From NCBI GenBank assembly GCA_963726915.1, contig CAVSEA010000010.1, positions 31,223 through 95,222 on the forward strand: DNA of 64,000 nt. The letters run 5' to 3'. This document shows positions 59,371-64,000 of this stretch, piece after piece. The position numbers were made by a program, and so were the translations under genes. The DNA comes from an uncultured beta proteobacterium (GTDB lineage Bacteria; Pseudomonadota; Gammaproteobacteria; Burkholderiales; Casimicrobiaceae). Numbering within the stretch: position 1 is the stretch's first letter; each line of letters opens with the position of its first letter. Under the pieces are notes generated by a model. It searched no databases, was not told where the DNA came from, and saw nothing but the letters and a program-made list of their open reading frames with translations.

Positions 59371-59946
59371 ATGAGCAAGGCCGTACGCGTGATCAAGAAG
59401 TACCCGAACCGCCGGCTGTACGACACGGCGAACAGCGGTTACATCACGCTTGCCGACGTCAAGCAGATGGTTCTGGAATTCATCGATTTCCAGGTGATCG
59501 ACGCCAAGACCGGCGACGATCTGACGCGCCCCATCCTGCTGCAGATCATTCTCGAGGAGGAATCCGCCGGCGTGCCGATGTTCTCCAGCGAGATGCTGTC
59601 CCAGATGATTCGCTTCTATGGCAATGCGCTGCAGGGCATCATGGGCAATTACATGGAGCAGAACGTCAAGGCGTTCCTGACCATCCAGGGCAAACTGCAG
59701 GACCAGGCAAAGCAGATCTACGGCGACAAGATGATGCTGACGCCGGACCTGTGGAAGCAATTCCTGCAGATGCAGGCGCCGGCGATGCAGGGCATGCTCG
59801 GCAATTACCTCGAGCAAAGCGCCAAGCTGTTCATGGACATGCAGCAGCGCATGCAGGACCAGACGCGGGGCCTGTTCACCGCCTTCCCGTTTCCCAATTT
59901 CGGCGCGCCGCAGCAAACTCCCGGCGACGACGACAAGAAGCGCTAA
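59371..59946 (+). CDS. phaR: PHA synthesis repressor PhaR
   Basis: N-terminal VIKKYPNRRLYDTANSGYITLADV signature and a Gln/Met-rich C-terminal half. Confidence 0.9.
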   Translation: MSKAVRVIKKYPNRRLYDTANSGYITLADVKQMVLEFIDFQVIDAKTGDDLTRPILLQIILEEESAGVPMFSSEMLSQMIRFYGNALQGIMGNYMEQNVKAFLTIQGKLQDQAKQIYGDKMMLTPDLWKQFLQMQAPAMQGMLGNYLEQSAKLFMDMQQRMQDQTRGLFTAFPFPNFGAPQQTPGDDDKKR

Positions 59947-60027
59947 ACCCGTTCTCCCGATCAAAGCAGCGCACTCGCTGCATTGCAGCGTAGCTGCCTG
60001 TCGCAGCGCGCAACGGACGCGTCATCA

Positions 60028-61377
60028 ATGAAGCAGCAAGCATCAGCCGGACCCCGCGTGGGCTTCGTTTCGCTGGGTTGCCCCAAGGCGCTGGTCGACT
60101 CCGAGCAGATCCTCACCCAACTGCGAGCCGAGGGCTATGCCGTCGCGCCGACCTACGACGGCGCGGACCTGGTCGTGGTCAATACCTGCGGCTTCATCGA
60201 CGCGGCGGTTGCCGAATCGCTGGACGCCATCGGCGAAGCGCTTGCCGAGAACGGGAAAGTCATCGTGACCGGTTGCCTCGGGGCCAAGGATGGCGGTGCC
60301 TTCGTCAAGCAGGCGCACCCCAAGGTACTCGCGGTCACCGGCCCGCATGCGCCTGCCGAAGTCATGGCCGCCGTCCACCGGCACCTCCCGAAGCCACATG
60401 ACCCGTTCACCGATCTCGTGCCCCCGCAGGGCATCAAGCTCACCCCGAGCCATTACGCGTATCTCAAGATCAGCGAGGGCTGCAATCACCGCTGCACCTT
60501 CTGCATCATTCCGTCGATGCGCGGCGATCTGGTCAGCCGGCCGATCGGTGAAGTGATGATCGAGGCAGAGAACCTGCTCAAGGCCGGCGTGCGGGAACTA
60601 TTGGTGATATCGCAAGACACCAGCGCCTACGGCGTCGACGTCCGGTACCGGACCGGTTTCTGGCGCGGCCGCCCGCTCAAGACGCGCATGACCGAGCTGG
60701 TCGACGCGCTCGGCACGTTGGCTGCAGAACACGGCGCATGGGTGCGCCTGCATTATGTTTATCCGTATCCCCACGTCGACGATGTCATTCCGCTCATGGC
60801 CGCGGGACGCGTGCTGCCTTACCTCGACGTGCCCTTCCAGCATGCCAGCCCGCGCCTGCTGAAATTGATGAAGCGCCCGGCGAACGCGGAGAACAACCTG
60901 CAGCGCATTCATGCCTGGCGCGCGATCTGCCCGGAACTCACGATCCGCTCCACGTTCATCGTCGGCTTTCCCGGCGAGACCGAACGCGAATTCGAAGCGC
61001 TGCTGGAGTTTCTCGAGCAGGCGCAACTCGACCGCGTCGGCTGCTTTGCCTACTCTCCGGTGGACGGCGCGGTGGCAAATGCGCTGCCCGATCCAGTGCC
61101 GGAAGCCCTCAAGGAAGAGCGTCGCGCGCGTTTCATGGCGACGCAGGCAACGATCAGTGCAAAACGGCTGCGCGCGAAAATCGGGACGATCCAGACCGTG
61201 CTGATCGACACGATCGAAGGCAACAAGGCGGTGGGGCGCAGCGCCTCCGATGCGCCCGAGATCGACGGCATGGTCACGGTCGAAGGCGGCAGATCATTGC
61301 GCACTGGAGAATTTTCCCGCATCGTCATCACTGCCGCCAGCGAACACGATCTCGTCGGGCGCCTCGACGCTGCGTAA
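60028..61377 (+). CDS. rimO: ribosomal protein S12 methylthiotransferase RimO
   Basis: MTTase N-domain Cys residues (SLGCPK, NTCGFI, TGCL), radical [11 protein letters not shown], and a C-terminal TRAM domain. Confidence 0.9.
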   Translation: MKQQASAGPRVGFVSLGCPKALVDSEQILTQLRAEGYAVAPTYDGADLVVVNTCGFIDAAVAESLDAIGEALAENGKVIVTGCLGAKDGGAFVKQAHPKVLAVTGPHAPAEVMAAVHRHLPKPHDPFTDLVPPQGIKLTPSHYAYLKISEGCNHRCTFCIIPSMRGDLVSRPIGEVMIEAENLLKAGVRELLVISQDTSAYGVDVRYRTGFWRGRPLKTRMTELVDALGTLAAEHGAWVRLHYVYPYPHVDDVIPLMAAGRVLPYLDVPFQHASPRLLKLMKRPANAENNLQRIHAWRAICPELTIRSTFIVGFPGETEREFEALLEFLEQAQLDRVGCFAYSPVDGAVANALPDPVPEALKEERRARFMATQATISAKRLRAKIGTIQTVLIDTIEGNKAVGRSASDAPEIDGMVTVEGGRSLRTGEFSRIVITAASEHDLVGRLDAA

Positions 61378-61464
61378 CCGCGTCCGATCGAGACTCCTGC
61401 TTCTGAACGCGATAGGATTCGCGAAGAGTGAATCTGGGCCGTTGGCGAATCGTGGAGAACGAAA

Positions 61465-61710
61465 ATGAGACTGTGGATGGGCAATATCGCAGCAGAAACG
61501 AGAGACGATGAAATCACCGCGCTCGTCAAGAAGTACGCGCCCGAGCTGACGTGCGAGAAGCTTCAACGCGTGGAAGGCACAGGTTCTCGCCCGGGCGCAA
61601 TCGTCGAGCTTGCCGGCGGCAAATTTGGCGATGCGGAAAAGCTCAGCCTGCGCCTGAACGGCATGCACTGGAAGGGGCGCGCGCTCGTCTGCCAGAAGTT
61701 GATCACCTGA
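61465..61710 (+). CDS. small RRM-like RNA-binding protein
   Basis: 81 aa. RNP-like start (LWMGNI) and an aromatic/basic core near LNGMHWKGRALV. Weakly supported. Confidence 0.5.
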   Translation: MRLWMGNIAAETRDDEITALVKKYAPELTCEKLQRVEGTGSRPGAIVELAGGKFGDAEKLSLRLNGMHWKGRALVCQKLIT

Positions 61711-61747
61711 GCGTGCGAAGCATCAGCGGCCTGGGAGGATGAAGGCA

Positions 61748-63091
61748 ATGGCACGCGCCACTTGGCGACAGGCAAGACACAACATCGAGATCGCGCTGTC
61801 GTGGGACCGCCTGTATCGCGCCGCGAGCTATCTGCGATCGGCGCTGTGGATCGTTCCGTTCGTGGCCATCGTCCTCATGCTGGCCACGGCGCCGCTGCTC
61901 CGCAGACTGGACGCCTGGCTCGCCTGGAACATAACCGACCTCGACCCGGATGGCGCGAAGGCGTTGTTTCAAGCGATCACTACGTTGACGCTGTCGTTCC
62001 TGGTGTTCACCTTCGGATCCCTCCTGGTGGCGATTCAGGTCGCCAGCGTGCAGCTGACACCGCGGATCATCGCTACCACGCTGCTGCGCAACAACGTGGT
62101 GAAGTACAGCGTTGGGCTCTTCGTTTTTACCCTGGTCTTCAGCGTGGGCGCACTGAACCGCCAGGGGACAACGGTGCACCAGTTGATTGCCCTCGTCGGC
62201 GCCGTCCTGGGCACCACCTGCATTGCGGCCTTCCTGTTCCTGATCGATTACGCCGCGCGGCTGCTGCGTCCGGTCAGCATCCTGGCCCACGTCGGTGACG
62301 AAGGCCTTGCCGTGATCGAGTCTGTCTACACGGTCCCGACGACCGGCGAGTCCGACAGCGATCGTGCCGCCTACGAACCTTGCGATCCGCCGCGGCGCGT
62401 CGTCAGGCATGAGGGCTCATCGGGGATCGTGCTGGCGGTCGATCTGGCGACCCTTGTGGCAGAAGGGCGGCGAACCGATGGCTTTATCGAGTTCCTGCCG
62501 CAAGTCGGGGACTTCGTCGCCTCGGGCGAACCTCTGTTCGCCCTGCACGGCGGTGCGTCGGCGACTACTGACCGAAAACTGCACGCGACGGTCGCGTTTG
62601 GTTCGGAACGCACGCTGGAGCAGGATCCACTGTTCGCTTTTCGAATACTCGTCGATATCGCGCTCAAAGCTCTTTCTCCGGCCATCAACGATCCGACCAC
62701 AGCCGTGCTCGCCCTGGATCAGATTCACCGTTTGTTGCGCGCCGTCGGCAACCGTCACCTGCGGGGCGCGGAGATTACCGACCAAACGGGACAACGGCGC
62801 GTGATTTTCCGGACACCGAACTGGGAGGACTTCGTTCACATTTCCTGCAACGAGATACGCACCTGCGGCGCCGGCAGCGTGCAGATCGCGCGTCGCATGC
62901 GAGCGCTGCTCGAGAATCTCGCCTCCTCGTTGCCGGAGCACCGCCGCGCGGCGCTGCGCCGGGAGACGGATCTGCTGGACCGCATGCTGCATAAGCTCTA
63001 CGCACTCCCGGAGGATCTTGCACTTGCCCGCATACCCGATTCGCAGGGCCTCGGCGCGTCCTCGGGCATGCGACCGACGCATTCAAACTAG
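61748..63091 (+). CDS. DUF2254 family membrane protein
   Basis: Four N-terminal TM segments including TLTLSFLVFTFGSLLVAIQVASVQLTPRII, and a large soluble C-domain. GGGAGG lies 9 nt before ATG 61748. Confidence 0.65.
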   Translation: MARATWRQARHNIEIALSWDRLYRAASYLRSALWIVPFVAIVLMLATAPLLRRLDAWLAWNITDLDPDGAKALFQAITTLTLSFLVFTFGSLLVAIQVASVQLTPRIIATTLLRNNVVKYSVGLFVFTLVFSVGALNRQGTTVHQLIALVGAVLGTTCIAAFLFLIDYAARLLRPVSILAHVGDEGLAVIESVYTVPTTGESDSDRAAYEPCDPPRRVVRHEGSSGIVLAVDLATLVAEGRRTDGFIEFLPQVGDFVASGEPLFALHGGASATTDRKLHATVAFGSERTLEQDPLFAFRILVDIALKALSPAINDPTTAVLALDQIHRLLRAVGNRHLRGAEITDQTGQRRVIFRTPNWEDFVHISCNEIRTCGAGSVQIARRMRALLENLASSLPEHRRAALRRETDLLDRMLHKLYALPEDLALARIPDSQGLGASSGMRPTHSN

Positions 63092-63188
63092 GGCGAGCGG
63101 TGCGCGCGCGACGATTGACCCACGCGGGAGAACGCACGAGGGAAGGCGCGAATCGCCGCGGCACAGTGCCATCCCTTGCAGCCGATCC

Positions 63189-64000
63189 GTGCCGATAGCA
63201 GGCCCCGTACCGGAGTGGTTGCTCTCCGCCGCGGCCATCGCGACGGTATTCACCGTCATGTTCGACCTGGGGCTCGCGATCGTGCCCAGCAAGTTTCGCT
63301 GGGTCAAAGAGCGGCCCGGGCTGATGCTCAAAGGGCTGTTCTCGGTGCTGGTCGCCGTGCCGGCGCTGGCATGGTTCGTCGTCCGGGCACTCGACCTTTC
63401 CCGACCGGCGCAGATCGGAATCGTGCTGATGGCGATCTCTCCCGGCGCGCCCGTCGCGTTGCGCCGGTCGCTCGGCGCTGGAGGGCATGAATCCTTCGCG
63501 CCGGCACTGCAGATCGGCGTGGCAGCGCTCGCGGTTATGTCGATGCCACTGCTCATCGCGGCGTTCAACGAGTACTACGGCGGCCAGGCAACGATTGCTC
63601 CGGAGCAACTAGCGCGCCAGGTGTTCATCGCGCAGTTGCTGCCGCTCTCGCTGGGCATGCTGGTGAGGCGTCTGTTTGCCGCGCAGGCAGCCTGGCTCGA
63701 GCCAAAGCTCCGCCACGTCGGGAGCGTGTTGCTTGTCGTTTTGCTGGTGCTGGCGCTGATCAACATTTGGCAAGTCGTGGTCGGTGCGGGAATGCGCGTG
63801 ACGCTGGCCATTGTGATCACTACGATTCTCGCCTTGGCCGTCGGGCATCTCATGGGCGGCCCCGAACCCGAGACCCGTACGGCGACAGCCATTTCCAGCG
63901 CAGCGCGAAATCCGGGCTTGGCGCTGCTGGTCGCGACGCTGAATGCCGCCTCGCCAGCGATCACCGCGACGGTACTCGCCTATCTCATGATCGCCGCGGT
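63189..64000 (+). CDS. bile acid:Na+ symporter (BASS/SBF-like) family transporter, 3' end outside window
   Basis: This frame is open to the window edge and is not in the supplied ORF track. The hydrophobic translation includes IVLMAISPGAPVA and TAISSAARNPGLALLVA. GTG 63189 is the putative start. Confidence 0.6.
   Translation, partial: MPIAGPVPEWLLSAAAIATVFTVMFDLGLAIVPSKFRWVKERPGLMLKGLFSVLVAVPALAWFVVRALDLSRPAQIGIVLMAISPGAPVALRRSLGAGGHESFAPALQIGVAALAVMSMPLLIAAFNEYYGGQATIAPEQLARQVFIAQLLPLSLGMLVRRLFAAQAAWLEPKLRHVGSVLLVVLLVLALINIWQVVVGAGMRVTLAIVITTILALAVGHLMGGPEPETRTATAISSAARNPGLALLVATLNAASPAITATVLAYLMIAA

Overview
High-GC (about 65%) chromosomal segment with Betaproteobacteria-like gene content and order. 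It is mostly core housekeeping DNA, with no prophage, integrase, CRISPR, tRNA or rRNA. Content from left to right: acyl-CoA synthetase (partial); a tsaE-amiC-xrtH operon with a minimal exosortase and its partner membrane protein; queG; a SAM methyltransferase with a large unknown C-terminal domain; a gspD-gspE-orphan-gspF type II secretion operon; a divergent ECF sigma/anti-sigma module; an exbB-exbD-exbD-tonB operon; a 1138-aa TonB-dependent receptor fused in frame to an OmpA-type peptidoglycan-binding domain; a GNAT; a TldD/PmbA-like pair; a REP-associated tyrosine transposase (RAYT) flanked by REP palindromes; a YejABEF-like peptide ABC importer with two paralogous binding proteins; alkA-like glycosylase; srkA; lolCD; recJ; an SDR with an N-terminal xNGNG repeat; dinG/yoaA; bamD; rluD; pgeF; a ZIP transporter; phaC-phaA-phaB; AraC; a PEP-CTERM protein; a secreted beta-propeller cluster; phaP/phaR; rimO; an RRM protein; DUF2254; and a partial bile-acid:Na+ symporter family gene. 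The most unusual architecture is the TonB-dependent receptor::OmpA_C fusion. The main caveat is that I count 13 reading-frame breaks in 9 otherwise well-conserved genes. All 13 shift in the same direction (one extra base), which points to insertion-type assembly errors rather than real pseudogenes. I could run no database search, so every family assignment rests on motifs read in the translations.
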